Source of the DNA: Candidatus Thorarchaeota archaeon
GTDB lineage: Archaea; Asgardarchaeota; Thorarchaeia; Thorarchaeales; Thorarchaeaceae
Length of the DNA stretch: 32,000 nt
Direction: 5' to 3'
NCBI GenBank assembly: GCA_003345555.1
Contig: PRDJ01000075.1
Coordinates: 1,100-33,099 of the forward strand
Below, piece after piece: positions 7,590 to 16,699 of the stretch (its first letter is position 1; every line of letters starts with the position of its first letter). The notes below the pieces were generated by a model. That model saw only the letters and a list, made by a program, of their open reading frames with translations, did no database searches and was not told the DNA's origin. The translations under genes were made by a program, and so were the position numbers.

Positions 7590-9647
7590 TTGTCTTCGGT
7601 AGCGAAAGCGGAAGGGAGCAGTGTGGTCTCAACTTACGAAGACTACGAAATGCCTTCAGTCCCGAGAAGAGGAACCGCTTTGCTCTTAGGCACAATTATC
7701 GTCGTCGCAGCTTTCACTCTCGCTTATCTGGCTCCGGGGGGCATAGGTCCTTCTGGGAAGTCTGTCCGAGTAGCAGTCATTGACTCTGGCATGAACACTA
7801 ACGGGATTCTTTGGAACAAGTTAGCTGCCGCTAAGAGCTTTGTAGACAAAGCGTACGGCTATCCCTCAACTGACAACTCCACCGAAGACAGTGCGCCCCA
7901 TGGATATCTGCATGGTTCCTACGTGGCCAAGATCATAGTCGAGAATGCGCCGAACGCGCTGGTTGTCAATGCGAAGGTCGTAGATGCAAATAACACAGCT
8001 CTTGAACTGGCAATCGTTGCGGCCATTCATTGGGCTGTAGTCGAGGAAGACTGCACCATAATCAACCTCAGCCTTGGGAGTCTGGCTTCGAACCACGATA
8101 TACTCAGTGATGCCGTGAAGTGGGCATTTGAGAGAGGAGTCACGGTTGTTGCTGCGGCAGGCAACAACGGTCAGGCGGGTGTTGCAGGCAGTTCGGTCGA
8201 GTCTCCAGCGGCGTATGTTCAGGCAATCGCCGTTGGAGCTGTGGATGAGCATGGGTTTCCGTATCCGTTCTCGGCGTGTGGCCCATTGAGGAATGGTAGC
8301 TTAAAACCAGACATCTCAGCAGACGGCTGGTATGCAGACCGTGAAACCTCCGCGACGGTGCTGGGTACGAGCTTTGCTGCACCACGGGTCACTGCGGCAG
8401 TCGTCACTCTGATTGCCCACTGCAAAGAAAACGGATGGGAATCGACACCCGGGATGATTAAGGCCACTCTAATTGCGAGTGCACACTACTTGCCTTCGGA
8501 CTCTTGGGAGGTTGGCGCCGGGTACTTAGATACTTATTCGGCAGTAATGTACTTGGACGCTGCACCCAAATCAGATAGCCTTCCTCTAGCCGTCTGCGTC
8601 CTTCCGGGCATCCGACCTTATAGCTTCGAGAGATGGTTCGTGAATTCCACTAGCTTTGTAGACTTCTCTGTCTTCGCAAGCAATAGTGCCACGTTCAGTC
8701 TGGTATATGGTGGTTCTGCCGCGCCATGGGTTACCGGACCTGACAGCATTGTGGTCAATCAGACTTCCTCTTTCTCGTTGAAAGTATGCGTGGTGTCAAA
8801 CATTTCTGTTCGCAACCTCAGAGCGTCGATAACCCTTGTTGCTCCTGAGTATGTCACAATCACAGCCCAGCTCAAATTCAACGCATCCGTAGGACTCGCA
8901 ATCGTCGCTTTTGACACAAGCCACTCTCCTTGGTGGACTGATTCAATCTATGGTCAATACAGGGAATTCTACGAACTGCTGACTAGGCTGGGCATAGCTG
9001 TAGAGGAAATCACAGACCCCGAATCCTTGCAGCTCAATACAATGCTGAGATATGATGCCATTGTGATTCTTGACCCTTGCTCGTGGGACTATTTCACCGT
9101 AAACGGCAGTCCTGTGAACGCCGGGTCGACTCGGTACTCACAAGATGACATAGAATCATACACTTCTTACTGGGAAGCAGGAGGAGGCATACTGGTTGTC
9201 GGTCAGCAAAACTCAAGCATTGACGTCGAAGGAGCCAATCAGCTTCTATCCGCGTTTAATGTCAGCATGAACTACGATAGTATGCCGCCCATCACGATTG
9301 TTGTGAACGGAATTGCATCTACGATTGCAGTGACGAGACTGGTTGCTCACAACGTGACCCAAGGCGTGGAATCGTTTGACTATAATGGGTGCTCGCTCAA
9401 CTTCTCTGGTGCGTGTTTTGAGCTTGCATGGACCGAGGTGACTTGGACAGATATGGAAGGCATTCCTCATAATGAGAATAAGACGGTAGTCGTTGGACTT
9501 GAAGGCGAGAGCGGCAACAGGCTGGTTGTCGTCGGCAGCAACTATCCCTTTGATAATTGGGGAATCAGCGGTCTATACACATCAACTCAAAACTCGAAAC
9601 TAGCTCTGCAAGCAATACTGTGGTTGACCAATCTCACTTGGCCTTAG
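7590..9647 (+). CDS. Membrane-anchored S8 subtilase with C-terminal Ig-like and GATase-like (DUF4350-like) region
   Basis: N-terminal TM helix; catalytic VAVIDSG, HGSYVA and GTSFAAP; oxyanion AAGNNG; alternative start ATG 7647. Confidence 0.9.
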   Translation: MSSVAKAEGSSVVSTYEDYEMPSVPRRGTALLLGTIIVVAAFTLAYLAPGGIGPSGKSVRVAVIDSGMNTNGILWNKLAAAKSFVDKAYGYPSTDNSTEDSAPHGYLHGSYVAKIIVENAPNALVVNAKVVDANNTALELAIVAAIHWAVVEEDCTIINLSLGSLASNHDILSDAVKWAFERGVTVVAAAGNNGQAGVAGSSVESPAAYVQAIAVGAVDEHGFPYPFSACGPLRNGSLKPDISADGWYADRETSATVLGTSFAAPRVTAAVVTLIAHCKENGWESTPGMIKATLIASAHYLPSDSWEVGAGYLDTYSAVMYLDAAPKSDSLPLAVCVLPGIRPYSFERWFVNSTSFVDFSVFASNSATFSLVYGGSAAPWVTGPDSIVVNQTSSFSLKVCVVSNISVRNLRASITLVAPEYVTITAQLKFNASVGLAIVAFDTSHSPWWTDSIYGQYREFYELLTRLGIAVEEITDPESLQLNTMLRYDAIVILDPCSWDYFTVNGSPVNAGSTRYSQDDIESYTSYWEAGGGILVVGQQNSSIDVEGANQLLSAFNVSMNYDSMPPITIVVNGIASTIAVTRLVAHNVTQGVESFDYNGCSLNFSGACFELAWTEVTWTDMEGIPHNENKTVVVGLEGESGNRLVVVGSNYPFDNWGISGLYTSTQNSKLALQAILWLTNLTWP

Positions 9648-10036
9648 AGCAGAGGGGCTATCCGATCGCATGCAGTCTTCGCGGCGTAGACCAAGAGGCC
9701 TGTCTTCAGACTCTTGGCTGCTGCTAGCACAAGAATGGCCTTCTCGCCTGCGCTTTTCATGAGCATCATACCATCCTGGTTGGTCACTAGGACTTCCTCC
9801 AGCGATCCCTGCTCCATTCTTTCTGCCGCTAAATCCGCGACCCCCAGAATCGACGCAGCCATTGCTGCGATTTCGGCTTCCTCTAACCCCTGCGGCACAG
9901 CAGACGCAATGGGAAGTCCCTCCTTCGAAAGGAGCATCCAAGCGCGAACTCCTGCAGCCATAGCTGTGGCTTCCTCCATAATCTGCCTCAGCTTGCCCTG
10001 CAGTTGTTCGAACTCGGGGTTAAGGATGGCTGCCAC
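9644..10036 (-). CDS. Roadblock/LC7 (MglB-like) domain protein
   Basis: LLSKEGLPIAS, IAAMAASIL, LEEVLV and AILVLAA pattern; GTG start after GGAGA, ORF extends to 10054. Confidence 0.9.
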   Translation of the reverse strand: MAAILNPEFEQLQGKLRQIMEEATAMAAGVRAWMLLSKEGLPIASAVPQGLEEAEIAAMAASILGVADLAAERMEQGSLEEVLVTNQDGMMLMKSAGEKAILVLAAAKSLKTGLLVYAAKTACDRIAPLL

Positions 10037-10201
10037 TCTCCGAACGCGGCGCACTGGCCTGTGGGTGGGATATGCGCATTAATAAAGTTTGGTTGACGGG
10101 CAGTGAAAATCCTGCAAGACTGGGACACACTCAGAGTAATAAGCAGTCTTTCGAGTAGTACGACTACTATTGCCTGAGGACCTATCCTCTGGTGGAAATC
10201 C

Positions 10202-10819
10202 ATGACCGAACACGTACACGATCTCGCGTCATCGGATGTTCGCATAGATAACACCGGTTGGAAAAGTGGCGTCAGGGTTCTTGGGATTGCAGAAAGTTTC
10301 GAACAATCGGATAAGTCCAGCACCGTGGCTGGAGTCGTGATGCGAGGCGATATCAGAATTGACGGGTATGGATTCTGTCGTCCAACGATTGGCGGGTTGG
10401 ATGCCACCGACAGGCTAGCGTCCATGTATGAGTCGCTCCAAAGGCAGGATATCAGAGCTTGGATGCTTGGAGGGAGCGTGATTTCTTGGTTCAATGTTGT
10501 CGACCTGCAGGAGTTGCATGAGAGAACAGGGACACCTGTTGCGTGCGTATCCTATCGTCACTCTGAAGGCATCGAGAAGTACGTGAAAGAGTACTTCCCG
10601 GATGACTGGAAAAAGCGGATAGACGTGCTGGACCGAACAGGCGAACGAGTCCAGATACGCCTGAGCACGGGTTACCAAGTCTACCTCTCCGTTGCGGGAA
10701 TGACTGTCAATAGAGGACGTCGCTTGATTGACTTGTTCACTCTCGATGGTGCAATACCTGAGCCAATCAGAGCTGCGCGAATCCTAGCAGCATCAATACG
10801 ACATTCCGGCTCCTTCTAG
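10202..10819 (+). CDS. DUF99 family protein (endonuclease V-like fold)
   Basis: VLGIAESF, GVVMRGD..IDG, GLDAT, FNVVD and IPEPIRAA motifs. Confidence 0.85.
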   Translation: MTEHVHDLASSDVRIDNTGWKSGVRVLGIAESFEQSDKSSTVAGVVMRGDIRIDGYGFCRPTIGGLDATDRLASMYESLQRQDIRAWMLGGSVISWFNVVDLQELHERTGTPVACVSYRHSEGIEKYVKEYFPDDWKKRIDVLDRTGERVQIRLSTGYQVYLSVAGMTVNRGRRLIDLFTLDGAIPEPIRAARILAASIRHSGSF

Positions 10820-11436
10820 CGGCTCTTCTTAGGAGAACCTAGGCGCGTCTTGTGAAGTCTGAACAGTTCTGAGAAGAGCTCTTGGGCCAAATCCAAGTGG
10901 AGGCTATTGATTTCGCTCTCCACATGCTCAAAAAACCGTTCAAGGTTCTGCGGGGGAAAACCACGATTCTCCATACTCACCGCATGCGCCAGCATATCGA
11001 GCCGGTCAGAGGCAACGGCGATTTTGGCCTCAAGAGTGTCTGGCCCCTCGAATTCCTCCAAAGCCTTGCTTAAGGACTCACCCAGAGCTCCCAGCGGGGT
11101 CAGTATCTGTTTTGCCGCAACTCGCTCTGTCTCTTTCTTCGCTGATTTCATGGCAATTCCCCCCAGTTCAACGGCTCTGTAGGGAATATCCGAGACAATA
11201 GACTCGGGCAAGTCATGCAGAATTGCCATCGTCAACAGCCGCTCCAAGTCGACACTCTTCCCTTCGAATCTGAGTTGAAGCGCCAAAAGAAGGGCAATGA
11301 CAGAGGTTCCCCAGCAATGAGATGCAATCTTCTCACATCCTGAGTAGTCCTCTCCAGCAAGTATCCAACCCGTGCGCGGAAGCCGTTTGAGAGACTCCGA
11401 TTTCAGACAGAATTCAATAATGTCATCTGCGCTCAT
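10816..11436 (-). CDS. HD-domain hydrolase (YfbR/HDDC2-like 5'-deoxynucleotidase)
   Basis: LKRLPRTGW, ASH, LHDLPES, SDIP and DRLD motifs. Confidence 0.9.
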   Translation of the reverse strand: MSADDIIEFCLKSESLKRLPRTGWILAGEDYSGCEKIASHCWGTSVIALLLALQLRFEGKSVDLERLLTMAILHDLPESIVSDIPYRAVELGGIAMKSAKKETERVAAKQILTPLGALGESLSKALEEFEGPDTLEAKIAVASDRLDMLAHAVSMENRGFPPQNLERFFEHVESEINSLHLDLAQELFSELFRLHKTRLGSPKKSR

Positions 11437-11502
11437 ATGAAGACACCTCGGTGCTTCGTGACTTCAGAATGCTCTTGCTCGGTACCATGGCGGTCCTGCC
11501 GC

Positions 11503-12594
11503 TCATGGAGAAACTACGATGGTACCTGCAACGATTGCGTCCTTGTAGCTATGAATGATGTTCATAACGGAAGCTGGAATGTAGGTGGAACTGTAAGCAA
11601 ACGTCGTGACGTTGGCACCACCATTAGCAAGATTGTACTGGTAGTGATAACCAGAGGGGAATGTGTCCCAGAGTGTTGCATTGATTATTGTGTAGAACAC
11701 CCAGTCTGTGCGAGATACAACACTCGTGACAATCCAGCTCGGCGCGACTGGAATGAGAGGGTCAGCACATCCGTAGTAGTCCTGATCGCCTTCGGCAGCT
11801 ATCACAAGCGGCATCCTATCTTCGGAATAGAGGATTGTGCTGTTGGCGAATAGCATTCCTTCCCGCACGCCGACGATGCTGGCCCGGACTGGAGCGAACA
11901 ATACGGAGACCCCATCGTTGACAAACAAATGAAACGTGCTATTGCTCGCGGCGCTGGAGTCGTTGTAGCTCCCAATGAATTCAGTCGGCAAAAGCGTTAC
12001 ATTCAGCGCATAAGTCGAATTGGCCGCCACTACACCCTGCACGAAACCATTGACCAGACTGATCACGTCCGGGTCATCATCCATGGAAGCAAGTATCCCA
12101 ACTTTGCTTGTGTAGTTCTCTTGAGTCGAAAGTAGCGCGGCAAGAGCACCTGCTAAGAAAGCAGCCTGTTCGGATGCATATGATCCGGATGCCACGTTTA
12201 ACAAATCAACGAACCCCCCGATCATCCCGAATTTCTGGTTTGGGTAAGCAACTGCTGCATTGTGCACTGCCGTTGTTAGCTTTTGTCCAGCCGCCAGAAT
12301 GAGCTCATAATGGCCAGAGGATGCGAGGCTTTCCATCAGAGTCTCGGCCTCAGCTGATGTCTTTGGGTATGGATTTGCTATGTAGTACTGAACCGTGAAA
12401 TTCGCAGAGACTTCATTCATACCTATGCCGACTTGGTCGGCCATGCTGAGGTCATCGAAGCCCGGGTCCAATACCACAACTGCAATCTCAGGAGGCCTGT
12501 ATTGATTCGAGACAAATAGAAACGTACCCACAGAACCGAAGATGACAATGACAATCACTATCGAGGATATCAATGAGGTCGTTGAACTCGGCAC
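11503..12594 (-). CDS. BMP family (PrnA-like) substrate-binding protein with N-terminal membrane anchor
   Basis: N-terminal TM, GFDDLS, EQAAFLAGALAA, GFVQG and EGDQD; many N-x-S/T sequons. Confidence 0.85.
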   Translation of the reverse strand: MPSSTTSLISSIVIVIVIFGSVGTFLFVSNQYRPPEIAVVVLDPGFDDLSMADQVGIGMNEVSANFTVQYYIANPYPKTSAEAETLMESLASSGHYELILAAGQKLTTAVHNAAVAYPNQKFGMIGGFVDLLNVASGSYASEQAAFLAGALAALLSTQENYTSKVGILASMDDDPDVISLVNGFVQGVVAANSTYALNVTLLPTEFIGSYNDSSAASNSTFHLFVNDGVSVLFAPVRASIVGVREGMLFANSTILYSEDRMPLVIAAEGDQDYYGCADPLIPVAPSWIVTSVVSRTDWVFYTIINATLWDTFPSGYHYQYNLANGGANVTTFAYSSTYIPASVMNIIHSYKDAIVAGTIVVSP

Positions 12595-12772
12595 CGTACT
12601 TCCTCCAGCATCGAACGGGAGCGAAGCGCCTAGGGCTTGATTTAAACTTGTTGTTCAAAGAGTCTCAAGTTGTGCGGCGCAAGTCAAATATGAATGACGT
12701 TCGCCTGTATGTTTTCTCTGAAACAGCTGCCACCGAACTCCCTTAGGTCATGCCGCAGCGCTTGACCACAGC

Positions 12773-12779
12773 TTATATA
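12773..12779 (+). promoter_or_regulatory. Putative TATA box of the tandem Roadblock gene
   Basis: TTATATA 42 nt upstream of ATG 12821 in a divergent intergenic region. Confidence 0.5.
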
Positions 12780-12820
12780 GCGGCAGTGAGCTACACGCTT
12801 GAAAGCAGAGGCGCAAGATT

Positions 12821-13546
12821 ATGGCTGGAGAAACGCTTGGCAAGGTCGCAGACTTGCTTGGAGACGCCTTGAAGGTACACCGCTCTGTCAAGAATGTTAT
12901 ACTTTGTACAAAGGAAGGTGTGGTTGTCGCGGCGGTGTCCAGGAAGAACGAGAGTATTGACCCCAAAGTCCTCTCCACTGTATCAGCTGCACTTGTATGG
13001 GCGGGAACGAATGTGCTCGGGCGAGTAGGAAAAGCAAAGCCAACCTACCTAATGCATTCCACACAAAGCGAGACGATACTGACGGTATTGCAGCCGCACT
13101 ATCAGCTGGTAATTGTACTAGTAAGAGCTGAACAGGCCGCGATGGAGCCCGGATCGTTGGTGCCGAAGTTCCAATCCATTGCCACGCGTATTGAGCTGCT
13201 TATGGGTTCAAGTGCAGCGCCCCCGAAGGAAACACTTCTTGGAAACATTGTAAAGACTTTCCCAGAGATAACTCAGGCCATGCTTCTGACAATTGAGGGC
13301 TTGCCTTTGGGTTCGGTCGGGCTAGAAGACCATATAGAGATTGCCGCACTTGTGAGCTCGATATTCGCAAACGGGCTCACATACTCCAATCGCACAGAGA
13401 CCATCCTGATAAACTCTGAGCAGGCGGACCTTTTGGTTACTCGAGTCGACGAAGCGCGTCTGCTTGCAGTCGTGTGCAGGGGAATGCAACCGGATTCGCT
13501 TTCGAAGAAGATTATAGCATTTATCCAAGAGAATGTCGCTGGCTAG
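12821..13546 (+). CDS. Tandem (two-domain) Roadblock/LC7 protein
   Basis: Two repeats of the fold: ILCTKEGVVVA...LSTVSAAL and MLLTIEGLPLG...IAALVSSI. Confidence 0.75.
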   Translation: MAGETLGKVADLLGDALKVHRSVKNVILCTKEGVVVAAVSRKNESIDPKVLSTVSAALVWAGTNVLGRVGKAKPTYLMHSTQSETILTVLQPHYQLVIVLVRAEQAAMEPGSLVPKFQSIATRIELLMGSSAAPPKETLLGNIVKTFPEITQAMLLTIEGLPLGSVGLEDHIEIAALVSSIFANGLTYSNRTETILINSEQADLLVTRVDEARLLAVVCRGMQPDSLSKKIIAFIQENVAG

Positions 13547-14244
13547 TGAACCTTCGTCGGTTCTTCAATTTCGGGAGGGCCTGTTTCTTCATCACTGATC
13601 ATATCTAGTTGCCACTCCCTGAGATTGATCTTTATGTAACAGTCCTTTCCTCTTTCAGGACAGTCAATCCTGATAGTCACGTGGTCTTGCGTCTTCTCTT
13701 TGATTTCGGGATTCAGACATCCATTCTCCAGCTTCTCCATGAGCCACATGACGTAGGCTTCTGTTATTGAATTCAGACTTCCGTCCAGCAGCGCCTGGCC
13801 GAGATGCGCGAGGAAATGCCGCTTCTTCCGGCCCTGCTTTTCCACACGGACCAGCCCGACTTCCTCCATGCGTGAGATGTGCCACCTCACGGTGTCATGA
13901 TGAACACCTAGGGTCTCGGCCATCTGTTCCTGATAGCACCCCGGGTTGTTTACAATGTACGAAAACACCCTTCTAGCGGTCTCACTGCGCATTGTCAGGT
14001 AGGCCATTTCTGCTTCCTGAGACCGTAACATACGAGGATAGTAGAGCCTCTTGCCGGCGAACTTGATTGACTTCACAAGCCCTTCGCGCTCAAGGATTCT
14101 CAGATGCCACGTGAGGGTCCCAAGAGGAGATTCGAGCATCTCCACAAGTTCGAGAAGATACGTACCAGGATTCTCACAGAGGACTTGGTAGAGGTCGCGC
14201 CTAAACGGATGAAGAAGCAGCGTCAAGCGTTTTTGCTTTCCCAT
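13543..14244 (-). CDS. Double winged-HTH transcriptional regulator (COG3398-like)
   Basis: Two wHTH repeats: ENPG...GTLTWHLRILEREGLV and NNPG...TVRWHISRMEEVGLV. Confidence 0.85.
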   Translation of the reverse strand: MGKQKRLTLLLHPFRRDLYQVLCENPGTYLLELVEMLESPLGTLTWHLRILEREGLVKSIKFAGKRLYYPRMLRSQEAEMAYLTMRSETARRVFSYIVNNPGCYQEQMAETLGVHHDTVRWHISRMEEVGLVRVEKQGRKKRHFLAHLGQALLDGSLNSITEAYVMWLMEKLENGCLNPEIKEKTQDHVTIRIDCPERGKDCYIKINLREWQLDMISDEETGPPEIEEPTKVH

Positions 14245-14404
14245 CAGCCAGTCCTCTTGCGTCGGCGTCTATTCGGATGGGCTGAAAGGTCATAAAAGGT
14301 CTTCGACAAGTTGGGTGATGCTTGACATTGGATGTAAGCTTCGCAACCTTTTTGGGCGTCCAGTAACAGCCCCACATTAGAATCTGGGCTCAGAAGGGTC
14401 TGAC

Positions 14405-16237
14405 TTGTGCGGCATAACTGGTATTGTGAGCCTCAATCGCGAGAACATTGGTGAGGTTCTTGTCAAGTGTGGACGCAAACTGACCTACCGGGGGTACGAT
14501 TCCGTTGGTCTTGCAGCTGTTCACGAAGGCAAGGTCGACCTTAGGAAAGATGTCGGGACAGTGGATGCTGTAGACAAGTTACTTGGATTGTCCAAGATGA
14601 AGGGAGACAGAGGAATTGTACAACTCAGATGGGCTACATACGGTCCGCCAACAAAGCTGAATGCCCAACCACATTTCGCATGTGATGATTCAATCTATGG
14701 GGCTCACAACGGCAATATCCACAATTACGTCGAGTATCGAAGGGAGCTTGTAGAAACAGGTCATATCGTGCGTTCTGAGAATGATGGAGAGCTTTGTGTT
14801 CACGCGGTAGATAAGTACTACGAACAGACAGGCGACATGCTTGAAGCCGTGAGGCTTTCTACACGCGATTTGAAAGGTGCCTTTTCATTTGCTGTTGGCA
14901 GGGCAGACAGCAGGGAGATCTATGCCGTCAAGATGGGCTCTTCGCTTGTTGCTGGTGTGGGTAACGAAGAAACGATCGCATCAAGTGACTTGCCTTCAAT
15001 ACTTCCAGTTACTAACAACATCATCTACCTTGCCGACGGAGAAATGCTGGCGCTCTCTCCAGAGAAGGTCGAGGTGTACAGAATCGAAGATGGGAAGCGA
15101 CTCACTCGGAAGCCCGAACCCACAACCATCGACGTGCATGCCGCAGAGAAGGGCGGCTTTCCGCACTTCATGCTCAAAGAGATTAACGAACAGCCGAAGG
15201 TTGCTCAAGACGTAATGGGAGTTCTTCAGGGAGCCAAGTCCGATGAATGGCTGAATATCATAGAAGAATCAAAGAATCTGTACCTCGTGGCTTGTGGGTC
15301 GTCCTACAATGCGGGAGTGGTAGGGGCCTATTACTTCAATCGACTGGCAGGCATACCTCTTGTTCCCTCCATTGGTGGCCAGTTCGAGTCCATGTACGGC
15401 AGGGCCTTGGATGAAGACAGCCTGTCCATCTTGGTTTCCCAAAGCGGAGAGACCAAGGATATACTCAACGTCCTGAATCTCGTGAAGAGTCAAGGCAGAG
15501 GGAAAACACTGGGCATTGTCAACGTCATAGGGAGTACCCTAATGTTCAATGCCGACGCGTACATACCTATGGCCTGCGGGTACGAAGTGAGCGTCCCAGC
15601 CACAAAGACGTACTTCTCTCAGACAGTCATCTTTGCCTATCTGGCAGCGATGCTCGGCGAGAGAAATGGCACCTTGGACAGACAAGAAGCCAAGTCCATT
15701 GTTCGGATGTTAAGTCAGGACCTTCCAACACAGGCCCAAGCAACAATCGACCACACTGGAATCCTTGCAAAGAATCTCGCAAAGACCTTGATCGGTGTAA
15801 AGGATCTTTACTGTTTAGGCTACGGCATGACCGATGGAGTAGCCCGTGAGGGAGCACTCAAAATAAAGGAGATATGTTACAATCACTGTGAAGGAATGTA
15901 CAGTTCCGAGTTCAAGCACGGCCCACTAAGTATCGTCACAAGAGACTACCCTGTGATATTTGTAACGACACCCGAAGACAGCTGGATGGTAATCAACCAC
16001 ATCAACGAGGTCAAGTGCAGGTTTGGTCGTGCGATAATCGTGGGTGAGCGGGAGAGCAGCCTTGAGCCGTACGTCTCAAACGAGGTTGACTACTTGGAGG
16101 TCCCGAAAGGGAACATAGTACTCAATCCGATGATAGATGTCATCCCACTTCAGCTTCTTAGCTATTTCCTGTCAGTGGACCTAGGCATAGATCCGGATTT
16201 GCCGCGGAATCTATCCAAGACACTCACAGTTGACTGA
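14405..16237 (+). CDS. glmS: Glutamine--fructose-6-phosphate transaminase (isomerizing)
   Basis: N-terminal CGI, YRGYDS, HNG, SQSGET, ATKT, EGALKIKE, KHGP and C-terminal PRNLSKTLTVD; TTG start. Confidence 0.97.
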   Translation: MCGITGIVSLNRENIGEVLVKCGRKLTYRGYDSVGLAAVHEGKVDLRKDVGTVDAVDKLLGLSKMKGDRGIVQLRWATYGPPTKLNAQPHFACDDSIYGAHNGNIHNYVEYRRELVETGHIVRSENDGELCVHAVDKYYEQTGDMLEAVRLSTRDLKGAFSFAVGRADSREIYAVKMGSSLVAGVGNEETIASSDLPSILPVTNNIIYLADGEMLALSPEKVEVYRIEDGKRLTRKPEPTTIDVHAAEKGGFPHFMLKEINEQPKVAQDVMGVLQGAKSDEWLNIIEESKNLYLVACGSSYNAGVVGAYYFNRLAGIPLVPSIGGQFESMYGRALDEDSLSILVSQSGETKDILNVLNLVKSQGRGKTLGIVNVIGSTLMFNADAYIPMACGYEVSVPATKTYFSQTVIFAYLAAMLGERNGTLDRQEAKSIVRMLSQDLPTQAQATIDHTGILAKNLAKTLIGVKDLYCLGYGMTDGVAREGALKIKEICYNHCEGMYSSEFKHGPLSIVTRDYPVIFVTTPEDSWMVINHINEVKCRFGRAIIVGERESSLEPYVSNEVDYLEVPKGNIVLNPMIDVIPLQLLSYFLSVDLGIDPDLPRNLSKTLTVD

Positions 16238-16238
16238 A

Positions 16239-16622
16239 TCAGTCTTGACCTGTCTCGCCAATTCTGATTAGCCTCATAGCAGATGATGATACGTTTCCGG
16301 CATCAAAACCTTCTCTGATGTTGACCAACTCATCATCGCCCACTTGAAGCACGGCAGTGAGCTTGGTCTCTTCGGCCAAAGCCCACTGGCCAAAGATGTC
16401 GAGATTGCTGCCGACCTTACATTCGAGAAGACCCGCAGTACCGGAGCTCGACCACCAGCTGAGGCATCGGCCGGAATGCCCAAGACTCTCAAGCATCTCC
16501 TTCCACAGCTTCTTGAGCTGCGTGGGGCCATGGCTGTTCCGGAACGTTATCAGAACGTTGCCTTTCCGTTGGTTGAGCTCTTGGCGGATTGTCCCCATCT
16601 CAGAATCTGAAAACAGCGTCAT
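16239..16622 (-). CDS. Hypothetical protein
   Basis: 127-aa ORF fills the gap between glmS and the divergent RimK-like gene; no motif recognised. Confidence 0.6.
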   Translation of the reverse strand: MTLFSDSEMGTIRQELNQRKGNVLITFRNSHGPTQLKKLWKEMLESLGHSGRCLSWWSSSGTAGLLECKVGSNLDIFGQWALAEETKLTAVLQVGDDELVNIREGFDAGNVSSSAMRLIRIGETGQD

Positions 16623-16699
16623 TTGACTGTCTGCTTATGCTATGCTGGTTAAAAGCTCCGCGCTACGGATAAAAGGAATTCGAGAATCGTTGAATTGAG

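Noticed and set aside
11440-11502. Two short hairpins between the BMP and HD genes
   Set aside because: Short stems without a U-tract; consistent with chance
14245-14404. Possible glmS ribozyme upstream of glmS
   Set aside because: No AGCGCC cleavage-site core or recognisable stems seen, and that ribozyme is bacterial
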